A DNA stretch of 64,000 nucleotides from an uncultured Clostridium sp. (GTDB taxonomy: Bacteria; Bacillota_I; Bacilli_A; RF39; UBA660). Below are positions 29,048-39,917 of this stretch, in pieces; positions within the stretch are counted from its first letter, which is position 1, and each line of letters starts with the position of its first letter. The DNA is taken from NCBI GenBank assembly GCA_947427095.1, contig CANEGO010000001.1, positions 131,428 to 195,427 of the forward strand, given 5' to 3'. The notes under the pieces were generated by a model. That model was not told the origin of the DNA and did no database searches. It saw only the letters and a list, made by a program, of their open reading frames with translations. The position numbers and the translations under genes are program-made.

Positions 29048-30133
29048 TTATTTTATTATGTATGGATCATCAAGTTTTCCAGAACCAGCGTTAGTAATAA
29101 CCTTATTAGATAAGTAAATTACTGGATTTATTTTTCTCTCATTACTAGCATATGATTCATCTATCGTAGTATAAATGAACATAACTTTATAAGTGTTTTC
29201 CGAAGAAGAATTTAAAGTCCAAGTATATATATCATCAGATGCCAAATAATTTCTATTCACACATTCCCTACTACTTAAATTAACACACGCAGTATCCAAA
29301 CTTGCATTTTGATAATCACTAGCATTAAGTAATGAAACCTTCTCATTTTCTTTTATAAGCGAACATTCTTTTTCAGTACTAAATGCGTCAGTTATCATAT
29401 ATTTACCTACACAAATATTTTTCGATACCATTTTTGCTTTACTTTCTTTTGTAAAGGTTTCGTCATAATAAGTATTAAGTGTTTTACGAATATCAGTAAG
29501 TAAATAATTAGAAGTGTTACCGGAATTATCTTCACTTTCTGAGTTATACTTAGTATCCCAAGCGTAGCCATCAATTGTATACTTAGCTAAAACTAGTTTT
29601 ATATCACCTGCTTCATCTATTTTAACTATTCGCCATAATAAATCATTGAAAGAAACATAATTATCTACGTCCTCTCCTTTGTATACATAACTACCCCCAA
29701 CAGTATAAACTCCATTTCCTAATTCATCTGTTTTTGTATTTTTAATCTTATTCGATAAGTATTCTGGTTCATAATTACCTTTGCAAGTTAAGAATGGAAC
29801 ATATGAATAATCATTTTCGATTTTAGTAACTTCAACATACCCAGAACAACTATTTGCATTATCTTTGGGATCCGTAACTTCTTTTAATAATTCAGCTTCC
29901 ACGAGAGAAGAAATGGTAACTTTAACAGTTCCGCCTTCTTCTTTAGGCAAAATATCTTTTCTATTTTCATAATAAGATTTTGCGGCACTAACCATTTTAT
30001 TTTCTATTGCCTCATAACTATTTCCATTCCCACCAGAACAAGCTGATATAACAATTAACAAAATTATAACAACGATGGTACCACCTAAAAAGTAATAAGA
30101 CTTATCTTTGATAAAACTCCATAAATTTTTCAT
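29048..30133 (-). CDS. Hypothetical membrane-anchored extracellular protein
   Basis: 361 aa. N-terminal TM or lipobox-like segment (LLIVISACSGG). Confidence 0.35.
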   Translation of the reverse strand: MKNLWSFIKDKSYYFLGGTIVVIILLIVISACSGGNGNSYEAIENKMVSAAKSYYENRKDILPKEEGGTVKVTISSLVEAELLKEVTDPKDNANSCSGYVEVTKIENDYSYVPFLTCKGNYEPEYLSNKIKNTKTDELGNGVYTVGGSYVYKGEDVDNYVSFNDLLWRIVKIDEAGDIKLVLAKYTIDGYAWDTKYNSESEDNSGNTSNYLLTDIRKTLNTYYDETFTKESKAKMVSKNICVGKYMITDAFSTEKECSLIKENEKVSLLNASDYQNASLDTACVNLSSRECVNRNYLASDDIYTWTLNSSSENTYKVMFIYTTIDESYASNERKINPVIYLSNKVITNAGSGKLDDPYIIK

Positions 30134-30195
30134 TTTTTACACCTCATCTGCTAAATAAATTATAACTATTTTTAAGATAAAAGTAAACCATATAT

Positions 30196-30618
30196 TTACC
30201 AAGTTTTATAAACAACATTTTTAGAAGATAAATATTTTTCTATTTCATCACGGTAAGCAATAAAATAAACACCGGTTATTTTAAAACCAGTCGCAATATA
30301 ATTAGTCTCGAATTCCAAATCATTGAAAGTATAAATATCATCTATACATTTTTTAAATTCAGAACAGGAAACAATTATTTCGTCACCATTAACATCTAAT
30401 TTAGATACGTAGTATTCCCCGTCATAAGCATCAAATAAAGTTTTTAAATCTTTACTATTTATTCCGTTTTCATAATTTATCTTAACCATCACAACTCCAT
30501 CTTTTTTCAAATCTTCATAAGATAATACATCCGCTGTTTTTGGCGATAACATTAATATAAAATAAACAACTAGTAAACACAATAAAAAAAGACACCTCTT
30601 CATAATATTAATCACCAT
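30196..30618 (-). CDS. Hypothetical small secreted protein
   Basis: 140 aa with an N-terminal signal/TM segment. Confidence 0.35.
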   Translation of the reverse strand: MVINIMKRCLFLLCLLVVYFILMLSPKTADVLSYEDLKKDGVVMVKINYENGINSKDLKTLFDAYDGEYYVSKLDVNGDEIIVSCSEFKKCIDDIYTFNDLEFETNYIATGFKITGVYFIAYRDEIEKYLSSKNVVYKTW

Positions 30619-30656
30619 TATTATTATGAAAACAATGTCTTTTTTAATTCAAACTA

Positions 30657-31964
30657 TTACATTTTTTTTGAGCTTTCTTCTGTTAAAACATTTGGAATTT
30701 CATCGACCTTAGTAGCTCCCTTTATAATAACATTTTTTCTTTTTCCATCAGGAGCAATTCTATCACCAATATTATATAACGTTTCTGAAGCCTTTTCTCT
30801 TACAGAAACACCATAATCAGATACACGATTAGCAAAATCATTTATCTTACTTGCAGCGTTTTCTTTCGCTTCCTCAAACGATTCGTTAAGATCTTTCTTA
30901 AACTCTCTATATTCTGTTTTAACCTCAGTTGCTGTTTTTGAAGCACTTTCTTTTATTCTTCTACTAGTGTTAACAAAAGCCTCTTTAATAATAGCATTAA
31001 TCTCTTTACTAGGTTTAACTAACTGTTTTAATAAAGACAATCTTCTTTTTGCAGAATTATAAATTGCTCTTACAAGCGCATTATCACTACTAGCAATCTT
31101 ATCAAAAATATTTTCCTTTTTCACAACTTTCAAAGTTGAAAGACCATCATTATCTAATATTTCTAATTCAAGGTTATTAAAGGTTTTAGCCGAAAGAACT
31201 TTTGACTTTATTTTCTGATAAACATTTTTTGGCATAGTAGCAGCAATCGCAGAATTAGCCGCTAACTTAGAAACTAAACGAGGATCAACTTCAATTCTAT
31301 CTATGTTTAAAGATTCATCTTTTCCCACTCTTTTTATTAGTTTTTGTTCATTTATTCCAATGCTATTTGATACTTGTTTAAATAAAGAATCTCTTTTTTG
31401 AACCTTTTGATTTTCTAAATCTGCTTGACGTTTTTTTAGACTTTCTAACTCTTCATCAATCGATTTGCTGGTTTTATCATCAGAAAAAACAACATCATCT
31501 GCCTTATTAGAGTTTTCTATAACCCCTTGTTTAATTAATGATTCTTCAATTTTTTTATAAACTTGTAAATATTTATCGCTTCCGGTTTTTGTATGAATTG
31601 CATTTTCAACCCTAGCATAGGTATATAAATCATTTTTAACATTTTCATTACATACTTTTAGTATGGTATCTAACAACTTTTCATCACTTACAATATCATC
31701 AAAAGAAGATTTAATTATATCCTTGGTAAGATAGTTAGAAAGATTATTTTGATAAAAATCTATCCATCCTTTTTGTTCATTAATAAAATTAAATCCATGA
31801 TCATTCATGTACTCATAAAAAGCATAAATAGTAGTAAATAAATCTTTATCTCTCTTTCCTACTACTTCTTGACCTAATAAGTGACTAACGTTATTCGGTT
31901 CCTTCCATTCCCCCTCTAGGGAATCTAGCTTAGTTTTTATACGCTCATATAATTCTTTATTCAT
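30657..31964 (-). CDS. Hypothetical protein
   Basis: 435 aa, predicted helical, no recognised domain. Confidence 0.35.
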   Translation of the reverse strand: MNKELYERIKTKLDSLEGEWKEPNNVSHLLGQEVVGKRDKDLFTTIYAFYEYMNDHGFNFINEQKGWIDFYQNNLSNYLTKDIIKSSFDDIVSDEKLLDTILKVCNENVKNDLYTYARVENAIHTKTGSDKYLQVYKKIEESLIKQGVIENSNKADDVVFSDDKTSKSIDEELESLKKRQADLENQKVQKRDSLFKQVSNSIGINEQKLIKRVGKDESLNIDRIEVDPRLVSKLAANSAIAATMPKNVYQKIKSKVLSAKTFNNLELEILDNDGLSTLKVVKKENIFDKIASSDNALVRAIYNSAKRRLSLLKQLVKPSKEINAIIKEAFVNTSRRIKESASKTATEVKTEYREFKKDLNESFEEAKENAASKINDFANRVSDYGVSVREKASETLYNIGDRIAPDGKRKNVIIKGATKVDEIPNVLTEESSKKM

Positions 31965-31976
31965 AATAATCTCCTA

Positions 31977-32228
31977 TTATTCTGATAATTCTTTAATTGC
32001 CTTTTGAACTAAATCCCAATCTTCTTTTTCGGTAATTGAATCTAAAATGTAACTTCCTTCTTCTTCCTTAATAATCGATGCATAAATATCAACATTTTCA
32101 GCCTTTTCATCAAAGGTATATAAAAGAAAACTCTTTTCATCATTTGGCTTCTTTAAAATAGTAATAACCTTTAAATCCATTTCCTTTCCTTCTGGGGTAG
32201 TTATTTTTATAGTTTCAAAGTCTTGCAT
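31977..32228 (-). CDS. DUF1292 family protein
   Basis: 83 aa, acidic. The pattern resembles DUF1292 (YrzB-like). Confidence 0.5.
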   Translation of the reverse strand: MQDFETIKITTPEGKEMDLKVITILKKPNDEKSFLLYTFDEKAENVDIYASIIKEEEGSYILDSITEKEDWDLVQKAIKELSE

Positions 32229-32337
32229 TATTAATCCTCCTTATTCTCTATTTATAATTATAATAAATTTTTATCTATTTTACAAGAAAAAAGCATAATT
32301 ATCATATATTTTTCCTTTGCTTTACTTAATATTTTAA

Positions 32338-32362
32338 CAAAAAAGAGGAGCCATAGGGCTCC
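32338..32362 (-). terminator. glmS intrinsic terminator
   Basis: ggagccctatggctcc hairpin plus a U run on the minus strand, downstream of the glmS stop. Confidence 0.5.
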
Positions 32363-32480
32363 AAGGGGGTTTTGGTTGTACCCTCAAACTATATCGTAAG
32401 GGTACCTTGCGTGATATCATCACGCTATTATAATAATAAAGATTTTTAAGCGAATTGTCAATAATTTTTAGTATAATTTT

Positions 32481-34292
32481 TTACTCAACCGTAACTGACT
32501 TAGCTAAATTTTTAGGTTTATCAATGTTACAATTCTTTATTTTAGCCACCTCATAGGCTATCATTTGAAGTGGAATTATGGTAAGAAGTGATTGAAATAA
32601 CTTATGGGTACGTGGAATTATAAGTCTTTCATCATACAAACGGCTTTTTTCATCATTTAGTCTATTAGTTATGTATAAAACATTTGCCCCTCTTGACTTT
32701 ACCTCAATTATGTTACTTATCGTTTTAGGAGCTATTAAATCATCCGTCACTATCCCAATTACTGGTGTTCCTTCTTCTATTAGTGATATAGTACCATGTT
32801 TTAATTCTCCTGCTGCATACGCTTCACTATGAGTGTAGGATATCTCTTTTAATTTCAAAGACCCCTCTTGAGCTAAAGCATAATCTACTTTCCTACCAAT
32901 AAAGAATATATCATTATGGCAAGAGAGCCTCTCGGCTATTTTTCTATATCTTTCATCGTTACTAAGTAGTTCTTCCATTTGACTTGGTAAACTCCTTACA
33001 CTATTTAAAATTTCCTTCATCTCTTGACTGGAAATTAAATTCTTTTTATAAGAAAGGTTAAGTGCTATTAACGATAGCATAGCGACTTGCGCAGAATAAG
33101 CCTTAGTTGTTGCAACAGCAATCTCCTTTCCGGCTTCGGTATAAAGAACCATATCAGCTTCTCTTGCAATTGAACTACCTTTAGCATTAATTATTCCCAA
33201 GGTATCATTTCCATTATCTTTAGCTAATTTTAAAGCCCCTAAAGTATCAGCGGTTTCACCTGATTGTGATATTACTATAACTAGTTCATCTTTATTTAAA
33301 AACGGTTTGCTATACCTAAACTCACTTGCGGTTTCAACATCAGTCTTAACGTTACCATACTCCTCTAACATTTGTTTTCCAACTAGCGCAGCATGAGTAG
33401 CACTACCACAAGCCACTATTCTTACCTTGTTATACTTAGTAAAATCCGGCATCTTAGAAACCAATCCATCAAAATCAGTATTGACATATGGATTAACTGT
33501 TTTCTTAAACACATCAGGTTGTTCATGAATCTCTTTTAACATATAATGTGGATAACCTTTTTTATCCATTAGATCAGCATCAAATTCAAACTTCTGAACT
33601 TTAAATTCTTTTTCCTTTCCATTATTATAAACGTTTATTTTATTTTGGGTTATAACCCCGTAATCCCCATCATCTAACGCAATATAGTTGTCAGTTTTAT
33701 CTAAAACTGCTGGAACATCAGAAGCAATAAAGTTTTCCTCTCGTCCAACACCTATAATTAGTGGACTTTTATTTTTTGCAACGTATAGTTTATCCTTTTC
33801 ATCATCACATATAAGACCAATCGCATAAGAACCTATTACTACCGCACCAGCTTTTCTTATTACATTTAAAACGTTTTTATCTTTTTTATAAAGATAATCT
33901 AAAAGAGCACATAAAACCTCAGTATCAGTATCAGATTTAAATGAATAACCCTTTTTTTCCAAATCGGCTCTAAGAGATGCATAATTTTCAATTATTCCAT
34001 TATGTACAATCGTAAAACTACCAACATGATGAGGATGAGAATTTTCCTTTCTTGCCTCTCCATGGGTTGCCCATCTGGTATGACCAATTCCAATATTCGA
34101 ATCATTAGAAAAATTAATGATATTTTTCAAATTTTCTAATTTACCATTTTCTTTAAATATTTTAATAGAGCCGTTATGAACATAAGCTATTCCAGCCGAA
34201 TCATAACCCCTATATTCCAATTTTTCTAAACCGTCAATTAAAACACGTACACAATTGTCCTTCTTGCCTACGTAACCAACTATTCCACACAT
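32481..34292 (-). CDS. glmS: Glutamine--fructose-6-phosphate aminotransferase
   Basis: 603 aa. N-terminal MCGIVGYVG (Ntn Cys) followed by two SIS domains. Confidence 0.95.
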   Translation of the reverse strand: MCGIVGYVGKKDNCVRVLIDGLEKLEYRGYDSAGIAYVHNGSIKIFKENGKLENLKNIINFSNDSNIGIGHTRWATHGEARKENSHPHHVGSFTIVHNGIIENYASLRADLEKKGYSFKSDTDTEVLCALLDYLYKKDKNVLNVIRKAGAVVIGSYAIGLICDDEKDKLYVAKNKSPLIIGVGREENFIASDVPAVLDKTDNYIALDDGDYGVITQNKINVYNNGKEKEFKVQKFEFDADLMDKKGYPHYMLKEIHEQPDVFKKTVNPYVNTDFDGLVSKMPDFTKYNKVRIVACGSATHAALVGKQMLEEYGNVKTDVETASEFRYSKPFLNKDELVIVISQSGETADTLGALKLAKDNGNDTLGIINAKGSSIAREADMVLYTEAGKEIAVATTKAYSAQVAMLSLIALNLSYKKNLISSQEMKEILNSVRSLPSQMEELLSNDERYRKIAERLSCHNDIFFIGRKVDYALAQEGSLKLKEISYTHSEAYAAGELKHGTISLIEEGTPVIGIVTDDLIAPKTISNIIEVKSRGANVLYITNRLNDEKSRLYDERLIIPRTHKLFQSLLTIIPLQMIAYEVAKIKNCNIDKPKNLAKSVTVE

Positions 34293-34299
34293 ATTATTA

Positions 34300-34470
34300 A
34301 ATTCTCCTTTTTAATGCATAATAAAAATAACTGTGTGAAATACTCCTCTGTTATAATCTTTATTTTATATTTTAAAAGTATTTCTTACGAGTAACAAACC
34401 CGCCTGAGTATCCGCCGAACATTTCGATAACCCAGAACCTCGTCACCCATTTAAGGGTCTGGCGCTAGAA
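34300..34470 (-). ncRNA. glmS ribozyme (GlcN6P-responsive) in the glmS 5' UTR
   Basis: The minus strand carries the ribozyme motifs: cleavage-site A-GCGCCAGA, GACGAGG, UUAUCGAAA and UUCGGCGGAU, in the canonical order upstream of glmS. Confidence 0.7.
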
Positions 34471-34567
34471 TAAAAAGTAATCCTCCAAGTACTTTTTTAT
34501 CTTTATGCATTATATTATACGAAAAAAAGAAAGTTTGTGCAACCTTCTTTTGGACCGTAACTTTTCA

Positions 34568-35437
34568 TTACATACTTTTTTTAGCTGCTATCACATCTTC
34601 AAATAACGTAAGTTTTAATCCTAACTTATCATAATCAGTATAATAATTAGTTTGTATTAAACCATCTTCTTGTAAATGTTCTTTAAGACAATTAGCTAGT
34701 AAATCTTCAAATTTTAAATTATCAACATAATCAATTATGTTTGATAAAAATATACTTGAAAACTTTTCACTAGACTTTATTTTGCTTGGCAAACTAAAAA
34801 TATCAGCTTCTAGAAATTTAAGCTTTTTAAAATGCAAGGCTTTTTCTTGTAAATCGTAATAAGTATCTTCATCATAATAAGAAGTATTAAAAGATATAAT
34901 ATCAAAGCCACTAGGGTAAAAATTATATTCAGTTAATCCATCTTTAATAACTTCATCCCAAAAATATTTATCTTCTGGCAAAAGGGCTTTTCTTACCTTG
35001 TTATATAATCTTTCATTTTTTAAGTTAACCATTAGTGGCACGACTTGAAAGTATATTAAAAATTCTTCATATGAAAGAGTTTTAATGCCAGCTAATTTAA
35101 GCATGCAAAAATATTTAGTTAACCTATTTATATCAAATAAAGTTATGTCTGTTGCTCCAGCAAGTATTGAGTGAAGCATATGATCACCAGAAGATGCAAC
35201 TGTAAGAACAGCACCATCATAGTTAAAATTCTTATAATACTGATTTATTTGTTCATTATTAAATGGATATACCCTGCCATACTTATTAAAAGTATTATTT
35301 TTATTATATGGATCATACCCGTATTTTGAAACTCTTTTTGCACCTTTTATATCTCTTTCAACTAATTTAACATTCATTAAATAAAACCCCTTCTTCAAAT
35401 TAGGTATTATAATATCATAGTCTTTATTCTTAGTCAA
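34568..35437 (-). CDS. Hypothetical protein
   Basis: 289-aa ORF, possibly a Rossmann-like fold. Confidence 0.35.
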   Translation of the reverse strand: MTKNKDYDIIIPNLKKGFYLMNVKLVERDIKGAKRVSKYGYDPYNKNNTFNKYGRVYPFNNEQINQYYKNFNYDGAVLTVASSGDHMLHSILAGATDITLFDINRLTKYFCMLKLAGIKTLSYEEFLIYFQVVPLMVNLKNERLYNKVRKALLPEDKYFWDEVIKDGLTEYNFYPSGFDIISFNTSYYDEDTYYDLQEKALHFKKLKFLEADIFSLPSKIKSSEKFSSIFLSNIIDYVDNLKFEDLLANCLKEHLQEDGLIQTNYYTDYDKLGLKLTLFEDVIAAKKSM

Positions 35438-35599
35438 TTATTTTAAATATTATCAATTCAATCTGTTTTTACCGGATAAATCAAGATAATTTTCATTAGA
35501 AACTATCGAACTTTTGGTTCTATCTTGGTTCAATCCGAACAAATTCCCAGTTTATATTTCTACAAAATTTTTGATATTCCTTTTATCTCGCTTTGATTT

Positions 35600-36280
35600 T
35601 TATTTCTGCTTTAGAAAGTATGAGATATCCGGGGTTATTTCCTTTTCATTTAAAATATTATTCAAAAATTCACTCATATTACAACCAAATCGAGGTTGTT
35701 GATATTCATATATTCTTAAACAGTTTAATATATCATTATTAATCTCATTTCCACATTCCATATTAAAATCTATATGTTTTTTAGTTTGATAATTAATACA
35801 TTCTTCATAAGAATCGAATTTGTGAATACCTCTGTTTTTATAATCCGAATGCTCAAACCAACACCATTTACCATCATTATCTTTGTATACTAAATAAGTA
35901 TGCGTTATATAATTATTATCGTAATCCAATAAGAACCATATAAATATAGTTTTAAATTCATAATTATTTTTTTTAAACCAATCTCTTTCTAATTCTACTT
36001 GATCCCAGCAATGCCCATAACAATAATTTAATAATCTATTTGGACTTGATAATTTCCATTTTGTTCGGCAAGCCCTTTGAAATTCACTAGAACTATCTTG
36101 GTTCCAGGGAGAATAAATATTCCCATCATCAGTAAAACCATATTTAATATTATTTTTCATAAAAAGTAATAATTCTTCTGGGCTTTTAATTCTTTCATAC
36201 TCTAATATTCTTTTATGATTCATATTATAATGCTCCTTAATTTTATTATTAATAGACAATAACTTATTTAAAATACTCAT
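35600..36280 (-). CDS. Hypothetical Cys/His/Trp-rich protein
   Basis: 226-aa ORF. Confidence 0.35.
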   Translation of the reverse strand: MSILNKLLSINNKIKEHYNMNHKRILEYERIKSPEELLLFMKNNIKYGFTDDGNIYSPWNQDSSSEFQRACRTKWKLSSPNRLLNYCYGHCWDQVELERDWFKKNNYEFKTIFIWFLLDYDNNYITHTYLVYKDNDGKWCWFEHSDYKNRGIHKFDSYEECINYQTKKHIDFNMECGNEINNDILNCLRIYEYQQPRFGCNMSEFLNNILNEKEITPDISYFLKQK

Positions 36281-38186
36281 CTACATCATATCTTACCTTA
36301 ACAAGTAAGTCATAATCACGTCTTACGTCCGACAACCTAAATGATAAAGCACCACTTTGACGATTCCCAAATAAGTCACCTTGACCTCTTAACTTAAAGT
36401 CTGCCTCACTTATTTTGTAACCATCAGTAGTCTCTTCCATTATCTTTAATCTTTCTTTATCCTTATCACTAATTAAATAACAGTATGATTGCAAGTCATT
36501 TCTACCAACTCTACCCCTTAGCTGGTGCAAAGTAGAAAGCCCAAATCTATCAGCATCAAAGATAACCATAACGGTTGCATTAGAAACATCTACCCCTACT
36601 TCAACAACGGTAGTAGAAATAAGAATGTTTATTTTACCCTCAAGATAATCATTCATTACCTTATCTTTTTCCTCGTAAGTCATCTTTCCATGTAAGATTT
36701 CCACAGTATAATTTTTAAAAGCAAGTTCAAACTTATGTTTTAAATCAAAAACATTGGTGTAATCAGTTTCCTCGTTTTCCTCTATCATTGGTGCGATAAC
36801 ATACGCTTGATTACCATTTTTTAAAGCACCATATATACCTTCTAAAACATCTTTTAATTCATCTGTTTTTTTGACGCTAGTAATAACTGGTAATCTTCCT
36901 TTTGGCTTTTGTTTAATACTAGATACGTCAGTATCACCATAAATAGTTAGAGCATAAGTCCTAGGTATTGGCGTTGCACTCATCATTAAAACATCAGGTG
37001 CATCTGACTTATTTTTTAAAGCAAGTCTTTGATTAACACCAAACCTATGTTGTTCATCCGTTATAACAAGTCCAAGATTATTCCAAGTTACTTTATCACT
37101 AATAAGCGCATGAGTACCAACAAGTAAATCTATCTTTTTACGTTCTAGTTTTTCATATACTTCCTTTTTTTCTTTTAAAGTCATCTTACCAGTTAAAAGA
37201 CCTATTTTAAAATCAGTATCCTTAAATAATTTACTTGCATTTTCAAAATGCTGAATAGCAAGTATTTCGGTAGGTGCCATAAGGGCACTTTGATAACCTG
37301 CGGTAAAAGAAGCATATGCTAAAACAAATGCTACTATCGTTTTACCAGATCCAACATCACCTTGAAGCAACCTATTCATCTTAACGTCACTTTTTAAATC
37401 ACTTATCATTTCGTCTATAACCTTTTTTTGATCACCAGTTAATTCAAACGGAAGGTTATTAATAAAGTCATTAACTAAAGTTTCATTTACGCTTTTAATA
37501 AACAAATCATTGTGCACTTCGTTCTTTTTCTTAAGCTCCCTTACCTTTTTCATATAAGTAAATATCTCTTCGTACTTTAAGGTCTTTAAAGCCGTCTTTA
37601 ACTTTTTTTCATCTACTGGATTATGAACTACCTTAACTGCTTCTTCTTCATCCATAAACCCATACTTATCTTTTAACGCTTTTGGTATGTTATTTGAAGC
37701 ACCACTTACACTTATAGCGTTATTAATAAAGTTCTTCATCTGCTTAGAAGTTATTCCTTTACATAAATGATAAACCGGAATTATTTCTAAACCATTAGGT
37801 AACGCTTTAAGTAAAATATTACTTGCTGTTAAAGTCTCATTTTTTGGATTATACTTTCCAATTACCGTGACAACACTGCCCGGTTTAATGTTATTTTTTA
37901 AAAAGGCACGATTAAAAATCGTAACCTTAATTATCTTATTTTGAACGTTACATCTAAAGGTTAGTCTATTCATTCGTCCTTTAAAAAAGTTTACCACCGG
38001 GCTTGATTCAACAATACCGTCACTTACGAAATTATTATAAAATCTTTCATCATTAATATCTCTTCTTACAAGCACATCAAAACGGTATGGATAGTTTCTT
38101 ATTAAATCTTCCACACTATATATGCCTAAGTTATTTAAAAGTCCAAGTGACTTTGAACCGATACCAGTTAAATCTTTAAGTCCCAT
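36264..38186 (-). CDS. recG: ATP-dependent DNA helicase RecG
   Basis: 640 aa. Walker A motif GDVGSGKTIVAFVLAYAS, a DEQH box and a wedge domain in the N-terminus. Confidence 0.9.
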   Translation of the reverse strand: MGLKDLTGIGSKSLGLLNNLGIYSVEDLIRNYPYRFDVLVRRDINDERFYNNFVSDGIVESSPVVNFFKGRMNRLTFRCNVQNKIIKVTIFNRAFLKNNIKPGSVVTVIGKYNPKNETLTASNILLKALPNGLEIIPVYHLCKGITSKQMKNFINNAISVSGASNNIPKALKDKYGFMDEEEAVKVVHNPVDEKKLKTALKTLKYEEIFTYMKKVRELKKKNEVHNDLFIKSVNETLVNDFINNLPFELTGDQKKVIDEMISDLKSDVKMNRLLQGDVGSGKTIVAFVLAYASFTAGYQSALMAPTEILAIQHFENASKLFKDTDFKIGLLTGKMTLKEKKEVYEKLERKKIDLLVGTHALISDKVTWNNLGLVITDEQHRFGVNQRLALKNKSDAPDVLMMSATPIPRTYALTIYGDTDVSSIKQKPKGRLPVITSVKKTDELKDVLEGIYGALKNGNQAYVIAPMIEENEETDYTNVFDLKHKFELAFKNYTVEILHGKMTYEEKDKVMNDYLEGKINILISTTVVEVGVDVSNATVMVIFDADRFGLSTLHQLRGRVGRNDLQSYCYLISDKDKERLKIMEETTDGYKISEADFKLRGQGDLFGNRQSGALSFRLSDVRRDYDLLVKVRYDVDEYFK

Positions 38187-38279
38187 AAGCGTACCTTCCT
38201 AACATATAAAACAATTATAACAAACGATTGTTTGCAAATCAATTAAGCTTTAATTTTTTTTAAAAAATTATTCAAAAAA

Positions 38280-38445
38280 GGTTGACTTTTGCACGAGTTT
38301 CGATTAGTATAAATGGCACCAGCTGGAGGAAACGAAAGCTGGCCGCTAGTATCACAACTAGCCAACCCCTTTTTATTCTTTTTGAGATTGCATGGGAAAC
38401 CGTGTAATCTCCTTTTTTTGTAATTTTTTTCCTAGTTATGGGCAA
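38280..38445 (+). promoter_or_regulatory. Structured leader or sRNA candidate ending in an intrinsic terminator ahead of the gerA operon
   Basis: A TTGACT...TATAAA promoter-like site is followed by two hairpins (ccagctgg...agctgg and gctag...ctagc) and a terminator (gagattgcatgggaaaccgtgtaatctc plus T7) about 30 nt before the gerAA RBS. Confidence 0.3.
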
Positions 38446-38468
38446 CACTATAAAAAAAGAGGGATAAT

Positions 38469-39917
38469 ATGACAATAGGAAAAGACAGAAAAAAAATCAT
38501 TAAAGAAATGAAAAAGAAAACTGGCCAGGCTCCAGATGTTACATATAAAGATTTTCCAATCGGGAAAAAGATGATTACCTTTGTTTACGCTAACAGCGTA
38601 AGTGATGCATCGAGCATAAACGATTTTATTTTAAGAAGGCTAGATGAAGAAGGAAACGAATTAGAAGAAAAAGATATCTTTAACTACGTTAAAAATTACG
38701 TTCCAAATAACAGTTCAAAAGAAATAACAACCCTTGAAGATGCTTTATATTATCTTTTTAACGGATTTACCCTTGTCTTATTTGATGACGAAAACAAAAT
38801 AATAGTTTTTGAAAACAAAGCTAACAGAAATAGTAGTATTGGGAAAAGTGAAAACGAAAAAAGCCTTAAAGGTCCAACCGATGCCTTTACCGAAAACTAT
38901 GAAAACAACACGGGAATGATAAGAAGAAGACTTCGTAGTGAAAACTTATGGTTTAAAGAATGCGTTGTTGGTAGGGAAAGCAAAACCAGGGTTGCACTCT
39001 TTTACATGAACGGAATATGTGATGAAAAATTGGTTGATGACATTTATAAAAAAATAGAAAAAATAGATATAGAATACGTTGGTAACGCAAACTATATCCT
39101 TGATGCGATAAGTAATCCTAACCGTGCAATATTTCCAACTAACCTTGCAACCGAAAGACCTGACTTAGTAAGTCAAATGCTTCTTCAAGGAAGGGTTTGC
39201 CTAATGGTTGAAAACTCAAACGAAGTAATAATCTTACCTTGCACGTTCATTGACTTTTTTAAAAATCCTGATGATTATTACGAAAAAGGATTAAACGTCT
39301 TCGGAAGTAGAGTTGTTAGAATAATCGCAATGATCCTTGCCCTACTTACCCCTGCAATTTACATTTCTCTTATGGCGTATAACCTAGAAGCCATACCAAG
39401 TGGTCTTTTAATTAACTTTTCAATTCAAAGAGATGGCGTCCCCTTTTCTACCGTGTTTGAAATACTGGTCATGAGTTTTATGTTTCAAATCTTAAGAGAA
39501 AGCGACATGCGTTTTCCTGGTAAAGGAGGAAGCTCAATATCAATCGTTGGTGCTTTAGTACTTGGTCAAGCAGCGGTTGAAGCAGGAATAGTATCGCCTA
39601 TTACCATCATAATAGTTGGTATTGCATCAGTTGCATCGCTCGCCTTTTCATCAATCGAGCTTATCAACTCAATTAGATGGTGGCAATTAATATTAATCTT
39701 GCTTGCCTCACTTTTTGGTTTTATTGGCGTTATGTTTGGATGCATCATAATGGTTACCGTACTGGTAAGTCAAAGATCATGTGGTAAGCCTTATTTAGCA
39801 CCATTTGAACCATTTAATAAAAAGGATCAAGATGATGCAATCCTAGTAAAAAAGGAAGCTAAACTACACCCTAATAACATATATAACAAGGAGGACGAAG
39901 ATGAAGAACGTTTTTAA
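38469..39917 (+). CDS. Spore germination protein, GerA family A subunit
   Basis: 482 aa. Conserved NTGMIRRRL motif and a C-terminal polytopic membrane domain. Confidence 0.85.
   Translation: MTIGKDRKKIIKEMKKKTGQAPDVTYKDFPIGKKMITFVYANSVSDASSINDFILRRLDEEGNELEEKDIFNYVKNYVPNNSSKEITTLEDALYYLFNGFTLVLFDDENKIIVFENKANRNSSIGKSENEKSLKGPTDAFTENYENNTGMIRRRLRSENLWFKECVVGRESKTRVALFYMNGICDEKLVDDIYKKIEKIDIEYVGNANYILDAISNPNRAIFPTNLATERPDLVSQMLLQGRVCLMVENSNEVIILPCTFIDFFKNPDDYYEKGLNVFGSRVVRIIAMILALLTPAIYISLMAYNLEAIPSGLLINFSIQRDGVPFSTVFEILVMSFMFQILRESDMRFPGKGGSSISIVGALVLGQAAVEAGIVSPITIIIVGIASVASLAFSSIELINSIRWWQLILILLASLFGFIGVMFGCIIMVTVLVSQRSCGKPYLAPFEPFNKKDQDDAILVKKEAKLHPNNIYNKEDEDEERF

Noticed and set aside
38280-38445. 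SRP (4.5S/scRNA) RNA hypothesis for the structured region upstream of gerAA
   Set aside because: The conserved domain IV motif (GGAAGCAGCC / AGGUCAGG) is absent, so the resemblance is superficial.
38272-38475. 67-aa minus-strand ORF in the recG-gerA intergenic region
   Set aside because: It overlaps the hairpin-rich leader and terminator on the opposite strand, has no RBS, and has odd composition. It is most likely a spurious ORF.
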